Shown here piece after piece: positions 13,532-25,960 of a stretch of 64,000 nt of DNA. Source of the DNA: the human T2T-CHM13v2.0 reference genome, Homo sapiens. A model generated the notes under the pieces. It was not told the DNA's origin. It saw only the letters and a program-made list of their open reading frames with translations, and did no database searches. Each line of letters starts with the position of its first letter. Position 1 is the first letter of the stretch. The position numbers were made by a program, and so were the translations under genes. The stretch is taken from assembly GCF_009914755.1 (NCBI RefSeq), contig NC_060928.1, one strand, 5' to 3'.

Positions 13532-13682
13532 CAGAGACCCTCTTCCCACCGCTACAGATACTCACGCCATACGCTCCCCCACACAGAGACCCTCTTCCCA
13601 CCGCTACAGATACTCATGCCATACGCTCCCCCACACAGAGACCCTCTTCCCACCGCTACAGATACTCACGCCATACGCTCCC
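13532..13682. repeat. 52-bp minisatellite, about 2.9 copies
   Basis: Unit cagagaccctcttcccaccgctacagatactcacgccatacgctcccccaca at 13532, 13584 and 13636; one substitution among the copies. Confidence 0.95.
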
Positions 13683-14109
13683 TGTGCAACCACGAGGGTC
13701 GGCTGGAGGAGAAGCAGGATGCCTCCTCTGAACAAGTCATCCAATCCACCAGATGGTTTGGGTCTTCCTTGCTTTTTGTGTTCCTACTCTCATGGGTCCA
13801 ACCATATGTCTGCTTCCTGGACATCCTTGCCTTTTTTTTCCAATTTTAATTCTTCCAGGCCCTTAACTAACCAGCTAAACTATTTGAAATTGCCCAATAC
13901 CCTGTTTATCCTTGTTTCAGGCCCCTTTTCCTTTCCCATGATGTTGGCGATCAGGGGCACTGTTTGAATTCTGCTTACCAGGAGCGTTTCTCTTCACCGT
14001 TGCCCTTCAGTGTGCCCTGAGTGGGGCTGTGACGCAGCAGTAATCTGCTCCTGCCAGCTTCCTTCTTCCAAACATCTAGGAACCACGCCCAAGTTTTCAC
14101 CTCCTTGTT

Positions 14110-15600
14110 CATACAACATGAGTGAAAGAAACAAGACACAAAAGGGTGCGTACTGCATGGCTCCGTGTCAATCTAGCCAATAACAGGTGAAACCAATCCC
14201 TGCTGATGGAAGTAACGAGACTGATTACATGTGTGGGAAATGGTAGGGATGACTGCAGAGACACAAGAAGGCTTCTGGATGTTAAGGAATGTTCTATTTC
14301 TTGATGTGCATGCCAATTACACAGCAGGGTCACTCTGGGAAAGTCACCAAACACTACACTTATGAGTGGTACATGTTCCTATATGATTGTTAAACTTTAA
14401 TAAATTTTACAAAACCAAGCAAACAAAAACAACCACAGAGTTCAGTCAGCTTACTGGATGCAAAATTAACATACAGAGATCAATTTTAATTTCCTGATGA
14501 GGCCAACAGTAAAAAAATTAAATGTTAAATAGACACACTCAAGAGCAGCAAAAACAAAGGCATGTAATTAGAAATAATCTAATAGAAGATAGGGAGGAAA
14601 TTATACTTTATTGAGTGACATTAAAGAAAAGTTCATAAATCAAGAGACATGCTTCTTCATGGACTTAGAGACTCAATATTGCAAAGATGCAAATTGTGTA
14701 CAGATTCAATTAAAATTTAATTAAAATTGTTACAGTTTTTTGAGGGGGGAGGGGACTTGACAAGTTTATTCTATGCAAAGAACCAAGACTTACCAAGACA
14801 CTCTTGAAGGTAGAGAAATTATTTCTTGCAGCCATCAAGACTTATTAACTACAAGAATTAAGATAGAGTGGAATTAGCACAAGACTAAAACAGAATTGAA
14901 ATCCCAGTCACAGCCTCACACTTGACATCAGAACATCTGATCTGTGATAAGGTGGTGCTGGGAAAAAGGGGGAAGGACAGTCCTGTGAATAATTGGCACT
15001 ATGACGGGTAGGTATCCATACCAAAAAAGACAGTGGGTCTTTATACAAAAAGCAACCTCAGAATTACATACATAAATGCAACAGGCAAATAATAAAGCTG
15101 TTACATGAAAATAACATAGGAAATTATAATCTTATTGTAGGGAAATTTTTTTTCTTTAACAAGGTACCAAAGTCACTAACCATAAAGAAAAAAATTAACA
15201 TGTTTGACCATATTAAATTGAGAACATCTGTTCACAGCATAAAGAGAGTACAAAGATAAGGAACAGACCCATCACAGTAGGTCATATCTATAACCTTTGG
15301 GAGGCCAAGGCAGGAGGATCACTTGCACCCAAGAGTTTGAGACTGGCCTGGGCAAGACGGCAAGACCCCATCTCTTAAAAAATAAAAATAACATAAATAA
15401 AATAAAGACAAGGCACAAAATAGAGAAGCTATTTGCAACAAATACAACTGACAAATGACTCATGTAGAAACAACTGCAACAAATCAATGAGAAAAGGCAA
15501 GTGACCCATTAGAAAAATGGGACAAACCCCTGGGCAGGCATTTCACAAATGAGGAAATCCCAATTACCGGTAAATATTTGAAAAGCATACTGTTAATCGG
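14110..15600 (+). mobile_element. Old L1M fragments (3' end and ORF2 region) with an Alu monomer at about 15295-15405
   Basis: A-rich L1-like text: gactcaatattgcaaagatg, gagaacatctgttca, ggcatttcacaaatgaggaaatcc. Confidence 0.65.
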
Positions 15601-15769
15601 ACTAGACGAGCAAGAAGTGGCAAGTACATTGGATGATTTGATCGTACACATGCATGCCAGAGCACCAGGTCAGTGAAGATTTCAGCGGTCCAGCGGCCTG
15701 AGACACGCTGGGCCATCTGTGCCACAGAGGACACATTTATATCTTGCAACTCTCCCCTCTAGGAAGGAA

Positions 15770-18740
15770 ACACAATTCCTGGCAGATCTCTTCAGATTCT
15801 GGAGGCAGCTTACCTTATACTAATGCTACTCTAACTCATACATTCGTTGATTAAAAACCAACCAACCAACCTGCCACCTTTGTGTGGTTTCTAGAGCAGA
15901 AATGGGCTGGTGGCAGCTGCAGACTTTAGTGTAAGTGGTTCTGCTTCCAGGGCCATACAACCCCGCTTGCACCACTATGGCAATATCTCTGGTGTGATGG
16001 GAAGTATGTAGAGTTTATGGCAAGTCCCAGTAGGAGAATCACACATAGACCCCAAGGGTTTAGGGCACACCCATGCTGTCTGCAGTGTAGAGCTATATGC
16101 TTTTTTCAAAAGAACTCCTAACATGTTAGTGGCCCCTGACAAACACGGAGAACTGGCCATGAGACAATGACAGTGCTCCCAGAATTGCTTGTAGAAGCTG
16201 GCTCCTGCCAGATTCACTGAGTCATAGGTCAGGTGGGCCTAGGAGCATTCCACCACGACATGGAAGTGATACCTCCAGGATCGGGCATCAACAGGTCACA
16301 AGGCACAAGGAAACTCTCAGAGCAGATAGCCCAGAGCTCTGTGTTATTCATGACTGTTGCAATCAGGGTGCCACCCTTTCAGCTCACACCTATGGCTGCT
16401 TGAGGCCACCAGCTCATGGAGGAGAACAAAGACTGATCTTGGTTCATACATGATTGGCTTGATATGTGGGTGCAAGCAGAAAATGGATTGCAGCTGCCCT
16501 ACAGCCCGCCCATCACAGGTAGTCCCGAACAGTAACTGATCCAGGTTGTCAGTATTAGGAGGTTTATTGAAGGAAATGACAGACAGAAGTGTAATCTTGG
16601 GTGGCCACAAGACAGGTACATCTTCACACCTCAACCCCCCAGATCCAGGACTTATATCTTGGGGAAAACTGTATGCGCCATAGAAGGAATATGTAGGTGG
16701 CTATGGCATCATGACACTTACAACGAAGAGGTGTTCCTACCTAAAGAGTCACACGTTGACTAGACATTCTGGAGGCATTCCCAGACTCAGGGTTAGTCAC
16801 GTGGATTACCATTTAAAATAAAGTCATTCTTGTCCCCACTGTAGCAATAAAGAGAAATCTTCCCAATATGAGTCATCCACTTTGTGTGGATAGAGAAGGG
16901 ACTGGAATTTGGAATATACGTAGGCTCATGGGCTATCTGTGTGGCAAATGGTTTGGTTGGTTGATTGGGCTGGAAGAAAATAAGCACCAGACTGAGAATA
17001 AGGAGATCTGGGAAAGAGACAAATGGATGGCCCTCAGAGTGGGCACAAAGTGTGCAGATCTTTGCACCACATATTAATCACCAGCAGAGAGCCAACCTGG
17101 GAAGAGGTTCCAAACTACCAATGAGAATCACTTGGCCGGTTGACACCAGCCAGCCTCTGCCATCTGCTATTCATGTTCAGGAGTAACAGGCACATGAATG
17201 GGCAGCCGTGGTGGCAAGGTGGGAGGCTATGCCTGGACCTGCTGGCATGAGCTCCCGTGCACCAAGGCTAATCTAGCTACTGCTGCTGCTGAACATCCAG
17301 CCTGCTTTCAAGAGAGACAGATACTGAGACCCTGATATGGCGCCATCCCTTGAGGACTCTAACCTGCCACTTGATGGTCTTTTGAGCTTGGAAGGCACAA
17401 TTCATCTTGACTAAAATTGGTACATGCTCAAGATACACCCTTTCTTGCCTAAGGGCAATTAGCTGGCACTAACATCTGAGGACTTTCCGGAATGCTTGAT
17501 CCCACTGACACAGGGTCTGGAATAATATTGCCCCACTTTACAGCAAAAAACCATACTTTACAGTAAAAAGGTGCCAGTATATGACCATGAAATCCACTGG
17601 TCCTGTTGCATACCTGCCACCCAGAAACCCCTAGCCTGAGAGAGTAATGGAATGGCTTATTGAAGACGCCACTGATTCACCAGTGTGGAGATCGGTGACC
17701 TGAATGGATACGGTATCATTCCCTGAGACACGGTATCCTCTTAAACAATTGATTATTTATTAGATTTGGGTTAGTAAATTACATACATGGGTCCAGAAAC
17801 CAAAGGGTGGAAGTAGAATGACAACACTTACCATTATGTCTGAAAACTTGAGGAATACGTAGTTTCTGTACCTGCAACTCTAGGATCTGCAGATGTACTA
17901 GTTCCCAAATGGGAAACTTCTGCCAGAGGACACAGACAGGGTCCCACCTGTGTCCCTTTAGACTCCGGGGTCAAGAGCCCACCAAGAAAATACAAATGCT
18001 GTATGATTCCACTTACATAAAATACGTAGAGTAGTCAAACTCACAGAGATGGAAAGCAGGATGGAGATTTCCAAGGGTTGTGGGGTGCCAGGAAGGGGTG
18101 GTAAGTGTTTAATGGGTACAGAGTTTCAGCTGGGGAAGACAAAAATGTTCTGGAGATGGATGGTGGTGATGGTCCCACAATACTGGAATGTTCTTAATGC
18201 TACAGAGCTGTGCCTTATAAATGGTTAAAATGGTCAATCCTAGGTTGTGTTTACCTTACCGCAATAATACAACTATACATACACATGCAGACATACATCT
18301 AGATGAGACGACCAGGGAAGGAGAGGGGTTTGCAGGGGCAATTGTTTCTGATCAACAGGTAGACATAGGGCCACTGTTACACTGCAGGCAGGTAAAATAG
18401 AGTTGACACAGAGATGATCCACCTGGGCATATTTTTATACATCCTCGTTCAATTTTTACAGTAAATGAACAAGTGCAGCAGCTATGGTTCAAGAAGGCCA
18501 TGGTGACCAGAGGCTCAGACCCTTCAGGGAGGAGGCTCAGGGTCACCTTATCAGGTAATTACTGCAACAAAAAGAAGTGCCAGCTGAGGGTAAGGAGGGT
18601 CTGAAATGGCTCTTGGAAGAGGGAGTTGGTGAATTATTGCCTGAAAACCAGCTCCAGTGGTTGTCAATGCATTTCATCCCGCTATCCTGGAGTTCTCCTC
18701 AGAAAGGAAGCCCAGCAGAATTCTGTAGGAGCTGCTTCCA
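15770..18740 (+). mobile_element. Degenerate ERVL-class internal sequence (pol/integrase), interrupted by an L1
   Basis: 17261-17350 translates TKANLATAAAEHPACFQERQILRP*YGAIP, an ERVL integrase-like relic. A purine-rich caaggggtggac precedes the putative LTR at about 18785. Confidence 0.6.
17990..18270 (+). mobile_element. L1MB-like 3' end
   Basis: tgtatgattccactta...tttaatgggtacagagtttcag...ggagatggatggtggtgatgg...aatggttaaaatgg. Confidence 0.8.
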
Positions 18741-18784
18741 GAGCCTGTCGGTGGCAGACAGATCTGCATGGAGCAAGGGGTGGA

Positions 18785-19190
18785 CTGCAGGGGGTATTGT
18801 GTTACGCTCTGGAGAGAGGCCCTCCTCTAAGACCAAGGCACTCACCCCCTAGCTTCTGGGAGTATCCACAGCTCACACTTCCTAGCTGAGTCCTTTTCTA
18901 GGCCATGCCCTAGCTTAAGGAGAGCTGCACCACCTGAGATCATGCCTTCTTCCCGAGAGAGCACCCCATGTCCCATGACTGCTGGGTTATAAAGGCCTGG
19001 ACCCCTTGGCACAATTTGAGACAACTCTAAATATCTGTTTCTGCTCCAGAACTCCCTGTGGGGTCAATGAAGGCCTTTGTGTGATGTCATTGCAACTGAA
19101 TTCAATGCACAGTCCCCTGATGTGTTTAGCCTGAGCACACTTCTAGGAAGATTTCTTGCACACTAGACTTTCTCTCTTGGGGAACTCAAT
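18785..19190 (+). mobile_element. Putative ERVL-class LTR (LTR16-like)
   Basis: Follows the polypurine tract; contains tataaaggcctgg and ends tcttggggaactcaatct. Family uncertain. Confidence 0.45.
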
Positions 19191-19269
19191 CTGCAGCATA
19201 GATCGCGCTGCAGTGTAGCTCCAAGGTGCTGTTTCCTGACTCCTTCATCTGTGCGAGAATCTTTGAATT

Positions 19270-22200
19270 CGTGTATAATTTTGGCTGTGGGTTTGTCATA
19301 GACGGCTTTTATTACCTTAAAATATGTCCCCTCTATGTTGATTTTGCTGAGGGTTTTAATCATAAAGAGATGCTCGATTTTGTCAAATGCTTATTCTGCA
19401 TCTACTGAGATGATCATGTGATTTTTGTTTTTAATTCTATTATATGGTGTATCACATTTATTGACTTACGCTGTGTTAAGCCATCCCTGCATCCCTGGCA
19501 TGAAACCTATTTGATCATGGTGGGTTGTCTTTTTGATATGCCATTGGATTCGATTTACTAGTATTTTGCTGAGGATTTTTGCTTCTATGTTCATCAGGAA
19601 TATTTGTCTGTAGTTTTCTTTTTTTGTCATGTCCTTCCCTGGTTTCAGTATTAGGGTGATACTGGCTTCACAGAATGATTTAGGGAGGACTCCCTCTTTC
19701 TCTATCTTTTGGAATAGTGTCAATAGGATTGGTACCAATTCTTCTTTAAATGTCTGATAAAATTCAGTTGTGAATCCATCTGGTCCTAGACTTTTTTTGG
19801 TGGTAATTTTTTTATTACCATTTCAATCTTGCTGCTTGTTAGTGGTCTGTTCAGAGTTTCTATTTATTCCTGGTTTAATCTGGGAGGGTTGCATATTTCC
19901 AGGAATTTTTCTATCTCTTGTAGGTTTTCTAGTTTATGTGCATAAAGGTGTTCATGGTAGCGTTGAATGATCTTTTGTATTTCTGTGGTATCGGTTGTAA
20001 TATTTCCTGTTTTATTTCTAATTTAACTTATATGGATCTTCCCTCTTCTTTTCTTGGTTAATCTCACTAATGGTCTATCAATTTTATTTATCTTTTCAAG
20101 GAACCAGCTTTTTATTTCATTTATCTTTTGTAGTTTTTTGTTTCAATTTTGTTTTGTTCTGCTCTGATCTTGCTTATTTCTTTTCTACTGCTGGATTTTG
20201 GTTTGGATTGTTCCTGTTTCTCCAGTTCCAAGAGGTATGACCTTAGATTGTCTGTTTATGCTCTTTCAGCCCTTTTGATGTAGGCATTTAATGTTACGAA
20301 CTTTCCTCTTAGCACTGCTTTTGCTGTATCCCAGAGGTTTTGATAGGTTGTGTCACTATTATCGTTTGGATCAAAGAAGTTTTCAATTTCCATCTTGATT
20401 TCATTGTTGACCCAACAATCATTTAGGAGCAGGTCATTTAATTTCCATGTATTTGCATGCTTTTGAGCACTCTTTTTGGAGTTCATTTCCAGTTTTATTC
20501 CACTGTGGTCTCAGAGAGTACTTGACATAATTTTGATTTTCTTAAATTTACTGAGCCTTGTTTTGTGGCCTATCATATGGTCTATCTTGGAGAATGTTCC
20601 ATATACTGATGAATAGAACGTCTATCTGCGGTTGTTGGGTAGAATGTTCTGTAAATATCTGTGAAGTCCATTTTCTCTAGGGTACAGTTTAAGTCCATTG
20701 TTTCTTTGTTGACTTTCTGTCTTGATGACCTGTCTAGTGCTGTCAGTGGAGTATTGAAGTCCCCCACTATTATTGTGTTGCTGTCTATCTCATTTCTTAG
20801 GTCTAGTAGTAAATGTTTTATAAAGTTGGGAGCTCCAGTGTTAGGTAAATATATGTTTGGTATTGTGATATTTTACTGTTGGACTAATCCTTTTATTATA
20901 TAATGTCCCTCTTTGTCTTTTTTAACTGCTGTCGCTTTAAAGTTTGTTTTGTCTGATATAAGAATAGCTATTCCTGCTTGCTTTTGATGTCCATTTGCGT
21001 GGAATATCTTTTTCCACCCCATTCACCTTAAGTTTATGTGAGTCCTTATGTGTTAGATGAGTCTACTGAAGGCAGCAGAAACTTGGTTGGTGAATTCTTA
21101 CCCATTCTGCCATTCTGCATCTTTTAAGTGGAGCATTTAGGCCATTCATATTCAATGTTAGTATTGAGGTGTGAGGTACTATTCTATTCATTTTGCTATT
21201 TGTTGCCTAAATACCTTGTTTTTTTTTTCATTGTGTTATCATTATATATGTTCTGTGAGATTTATGCCTTAAGGAGGTTCTATTTTGGTTTATTTTGAGG
21301 ATTTGTTTTGAGATTTAGAGCTCCTTTTAGCATTCCTGTAGTGCTGGCTTGGTAGTGGCAAATCCTCTCAGCATTTGTTTGTCTAAAAAAGGCCATTATC
21401 TTTCCTTCATTTATGAAGCTCAGTTTCACTGGATACAAAATTCTTGGCTGATAATTGTTTTGTTTAAGGAGGCTAAAAATAGGACCCCAATCCTTGCTAG
21501 CTTGTAGAGTTTCTGCTGAGAAATCTGCTGTTAATCTGATAAGATTTCCTTTATAGGTTACCTGATGCTTTTGCCTCTCAGCTCTTAAGATTCTTTCCTT
21601 TGTCTTGACTTTAGATAATCTGACGACAATGTGCCTAGGCAATGATCTTTTTGCGATGAATTTTGCCCAGGTGTTCTTTGAGTTTCTTGTATTGGGATGT
21701 CTAGGTCTCTAGCAAGGCCAGGGAAGTTTTCCTTGATTATTCCCCGAAATATGTTTTCCAAACTTTTAGACTTCTCTTTTTCCTTGGGAACATCAATTAT
21801 TCTTAGGTTTGGACATTTAACTTAGTCTTAAACTTCTTGAAGGCGTTGTTCATTTTTTATTCTTTTTTCATTGTCTTTGACAAATTGGGTTAATTCGAAG
21901 CCTTGTCTTTGAGCTCTTAAGTTCTTTCTTCTGCTTGTTTAATTCTATTACTGGGACTCTCCAGTGCGTTTTGCATTTCTCTAAGTGTGTCCTTGAATTC
22001 CAGAAGTTGTGATTTTTTTTTTTTTAAGACAGAGTCTCACTCTGTCACCCATGGAGTGCAGTGGCACAATCTTGGCTCACTGCAACCTCTGCTTCCCAGG
22101 CTCAAGAGATTCTCCTGCCTCAGCCTCCTGAGTAGCTGGAACTACAGGTGTGTGCCACCACATCCAGCTAATTTTTGTATTTTTAGTAGAGATGGGGTTT

Positions 22201-23605
22201 CATCATATTGGTCAGGCTGGTCTCGAACTCCTGACCTCCTGATCTGCCTGCCTTGGCCTCACAAAGTGCTGAGATCACAGGTGTGAGCCACCATGCTCAG
22301 CCGTGATTGTTTTTTATGTATGCTATCTCTCTCACTGAAGAATTGTCCTTTCATATCCTTTATAGTGTTTTTGATTTCTTTAAGTTGGACTTCACCTTTC
22401 TCTGGTGCCTCCTTGATTAGCTTAATAATCGACCTTCTGAATTATCTTTCTGGCAATTCAGAGGTTTTGTCTTGTTTCGGTCCATCACTGGTGAGCCGAT
22501 GTGATCTTTTGGGGGTGTTAAAGAACCTCGTTTTGTCATATTACCAGAATTGTTTTTCTGGTTCCTTCTCGTTTGGATAGACTATGTCAGAGGGAAGATC
22601 TGGGATTCAAGGGCTGCTGTTGAGATTCTTTTGTCCCATGGGGGACTCCCTTGATGTGGTTTTCTCCCCCTTCCCCTAGGAATGGGGCTTCCTGAGAGCT
22701 GAACTGTAGGGACTGTGCTTGCTCTTCTGGGTCTAGCCACGCAGCGGAGCTACCAGGCTCCAGTCTGGTACTTGGGAGTGTCTGCAAAGAGCCCCGTGAC
22801 TCTTCCATCCATCTTGTCATCCATCTTCGGGTCTTGCAGCCGCAGATACCAGCACCTGCTCTGGTGGAGGTAGCAAAGGAGTGACGAGGACTCCGTGAGG
22901 CTCCTTGGTTGTGTTTCTGTTGAGTGCGCTGGTTTTGTGTTGGTTGTGCTTCTGTTGAGTGCACTGGTTTTGTGTTGGTTGGCCTCCAGCCAGGAGGTGG
23001 TGCTTTCAAGAGCACATCAGCTGCAGTCTTATAGGGAGGATGCGGACCTGCCCTAGGGGGACCTGGCTAAGTATTCAGGTTTCCCATGCAGTGGGCAGGG
23101 CCATAGACCTCCTAAGAGAGGATGACCTTTGTCTTAGTAACCAGAGCGGGTAGAGAAAGACCAACAGGTGAGGGCAGGGATAGGCGTGTTTGAGCTCAGC
23201 CTCTCCTTGGGTGGGGCTTGCTGCCGCTACTGTGGGGGATGAGAGTGTGGTTCCCAGTCCAATGGAGTTATAGTCCCAGGGGGATTATGGCTACCTTTGC
23301 TGAGTCATACAAGTCGCCAGGGAAGTTGGGGAAAGCCAGCAGTCACGGGCCTCACCTCACACCCACGCAGCTGGCAGTCCTAAAGGCTGGTCTCACTTCC
23401 ATCGTGAACCCCCAACAGCACCACGTCTACTTCTGGGCAGCTGGTAGCCAGGACTGAGAACCTGTCCCAGACCACCAGCCTCCCCTCTTGGAAAGCAAGC
23501 AGACTCACAGTTTTTCAGTGTCTCAGGGAGCCTGTAGTGGAGATCCACCTTCTTCATATAGTCTGTGGATGATCTTGGCTTTCCTGGTATATTCCTGTGC
23601 TAGTT
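19270..23605 (-). mobile_element. L1 (L1PB-like) 5' half: 5'UTR, ORF1, ORF2 endonuclease and start of RT; disrupted
   Basis: Peptide fragments PRHIVVRLSKVKTKERILRA (ORF1), GDFNTPLTALDRSSRQK (EN), [19 protein letters not shown]...KENYR and [16 protein letters not shown] (RT); multiple stops and frameshifts. Confidence 0.92.
22013..22302 (-). mobile_element. AluS inserted in the L1
   Basis: Full dimer; flanking gtgatt repeat. Confidence 0.92.
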
Positions 23606-23732
23606 CTGGGTGTGGTGGCATGTGTCTATAGTCCCACCTACTTGGGGGGCTGAGGCAGGAGGATCACTTTAGCCCGGAAGGTTGACACTGCAGTTAGCAA
23701 TGATCGTGCCACTGCACTCCCCTGGGTGACCT
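23606..23732 (+). mobile_element. Alu right-arm fragment
   Basis: ctgggtgtggtggcatg...ggctgaggcaggaggatcac...gccactgcactcc; no A tail. Confidence 0.8.
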
Positions 23733-23764
23733 GCTCTAGTAGGTTTGGAGAGAGCTCACCTGAG

Positions 23765-24008
23765 TGTTGGTTGTTAAAAAAGAGTCTAGCACCTCCCCAC
23801 ATACCCCGCTTCTCTGCCCATGTGATCTGCACACACCAGCTCCCCTTCCACCATGAATAGAGGAGGCCTGAGGCCCTCACCAGATGCACATGCTGGCGCC
23901 ATGCTGCTTTTACAGCCTGCAGAATCATGAGACGCCTAAGCCTCTTTTCTTTATAAATTACCCAGTCTCAGATATTTCTTTACAGTAACGCAACAACAAA
24001 TGAAGACA
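23765..24008 (+). mobile_element. MST-type MaLR LTR 3' half (copy 1)
   Basis: ctgaggccctcaccagatgca...cagcctgcagaatcatgag...ataaattacccagtctcag...gaagaca. Confidence 0.8.
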
Positions 24009-25960
24009 ATGAATGACTCTAATTTTAAAAATGCTCTCTGAAATGGACCTATGTCAACAATTAAAAGGAACTCAGTATTTCTAAATTTAAGTTTAAACCA
24101 GGATAAGTGCATCACTTTAAGGAGGTAAAATGTATATATCCTTAATCTTAATTTTATAGGGTCCCATCGTCTCCAGGCGATCCCTAAACTAGATTTGTGT
24201 CCACAGTTCTTTTTCCAATAAACCTTGTTAAGCTGAAATAAAATAAAGAGCTAACATAAAGGATAATCACAATAAAGGCATCATTCCTCAGAAGGTCACC
24301 AGATCGCTCCTGCTTGGAGTCTTGGCTTACATGTTACCCTTTCTGAAAACTTCCTTTTCATGTTCGCCTACATACTTCATACTGTGAACAAAATGCAATT
24401 TCAGTCAAATGAATTCCTTATTCTATTTCTGTCATCTCACTAAACTATAAACTCCTGGAACATGGAGAAAATGTCTTCTTTGCTTCTATGTCTCTAGCAC
24501 CTAGCTCAGCCTGGTTATAAATCATTCATATTTCTTAAAATTTTGCTAAATGTGTAGATTTAAACCCAATACAGTTCTTATGTTTATTTTTTAAAGTCTG
24601 ATTAAAAACGTTAAATGATATCATAGATTCAAGTACACTTACCTCTGAAAAGATTCAAAACACGATGCTAAATGAGTAGCAAAAATGAAGAGGTTTTCAA
24701 GGGATAAAATAATTTTTCTAAATCAAATTATGCACTTTTTTGCTTTTCTTTCCTCAAAAGTGAAGATGCTTTTAAATGTTTATTATCAATAATTCTCAGA
24801 AAGAAAATTTTTTCTTGTCTTGCATTCTTATTAGCTTATTCATCAATGTTTATTCCACCAATATGAGCACACGTGGTTTTTAAATTTCTTTATCATCAGA
24901 AAAGGTTATATTGAGATAATGAGTCTTGGTAGGAAAGAGTCCTCCTGAAATGCCAGCAGCCCATTAGGATTTCTTACTTAATAACCTTAGCAACCACCAA
25001 TACTTTCAACAGTCCTTCATGACCTTTCAGTTTCTATGGACAGTTTTGGAGTAGGGCAGATGCTTATGATATGGTTATCACAAGAAAATTTGTGTATTTT
25101 TAAGATGCTGGGAGAAAATTTTCTGACAGAAGACATTTCTTTCAAGAGCCTCTGAAGAGCACCTATTTTTGTGTGAGCCATTATGGTACTTAATAATTGA
25201 GTTCCCAGATTCTCACCTTTAAAGGAGGTAATACCTTTGTTGAAATTATTATTTATTTTGCTCCGTTTTTTTTCTCTCATTTGTAATCAGGAAAAAGACT
25301 GGGTAGGTGGATTAAAAGTTACAGCAGTCTACACACATTTCTGAAAACTTCATCAACTCATAGCCAAATATTTTTTCCAGTTTTCAGGAATGGCATTTCT
25401 CCTTAGAATCCAAATAACAATAAAACGCCGATTCTGTAGGCAACAGACAGGTCATTTTACAGCCCAGGAAACTTCCAAACATAATTCCCGTGAATTCTGA
25501 AGGCTGCCTATGTCACGTACAAATCCATCCTCTTGACTATCTTTCCTACGGTGCGCGTTTCTTAAAACTCAGTTCGGGAGCTTGGTCGGCCCCTTCGTGT
25601 CTGACTGGTGAGCACTTATGGCTTGACCAAAAGTGCTCAAAGCAGAACAAGAATTTCTGTTTTCATTTCCCCCTACTTTTTTCCCTACTGATTTGGATTG
25701 AATGAATTTCCGTTATTTCTTTGGCTGTTATTGCTGTTGTTTTATTATGCTATTTTTTTTTTTGTCTAGTAGTTACCATCAAATTTTCTAATATACATTT
25801 TATATTTTCTATTGGTTTATAGAATTCAGGTCCAAAAAAGTAAGAGGAAAACTTTAACATGTTTACATTAAAATAATCTGAAATTTTCATTGATGATTAT
25901 TAATTTTAAAAGTATGCATCAGCAATTATTTAGACATTATTATGTTGATTGGTCTTTTTA

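Larger units (their letters stand above)
12040..14090 (-). mobile_element. Degenerate ERVL-class internal sequence (integrase region), interrupted
   Basis: The minus-frame peptide ADLATATAECLRRQQQR (about 13450-13500) resembles the ERVL integrase N-terminal region. Boundaries are uncertain. Confidence 0.55.

Noticed and set aside
19163-21642. Functional L1 ORF1/ORF2
   Set aside because: Fragmented by stops and frameshifts, and the 3' half is absent.
24634-24660. Minus-strand ttttcagAGgtaagt as a recursive splice site or 2-nt microexon
   Set aside because: It lies outside the MTNR1A intron, is not a clean YAG|GT, and has no supporting transcript context.
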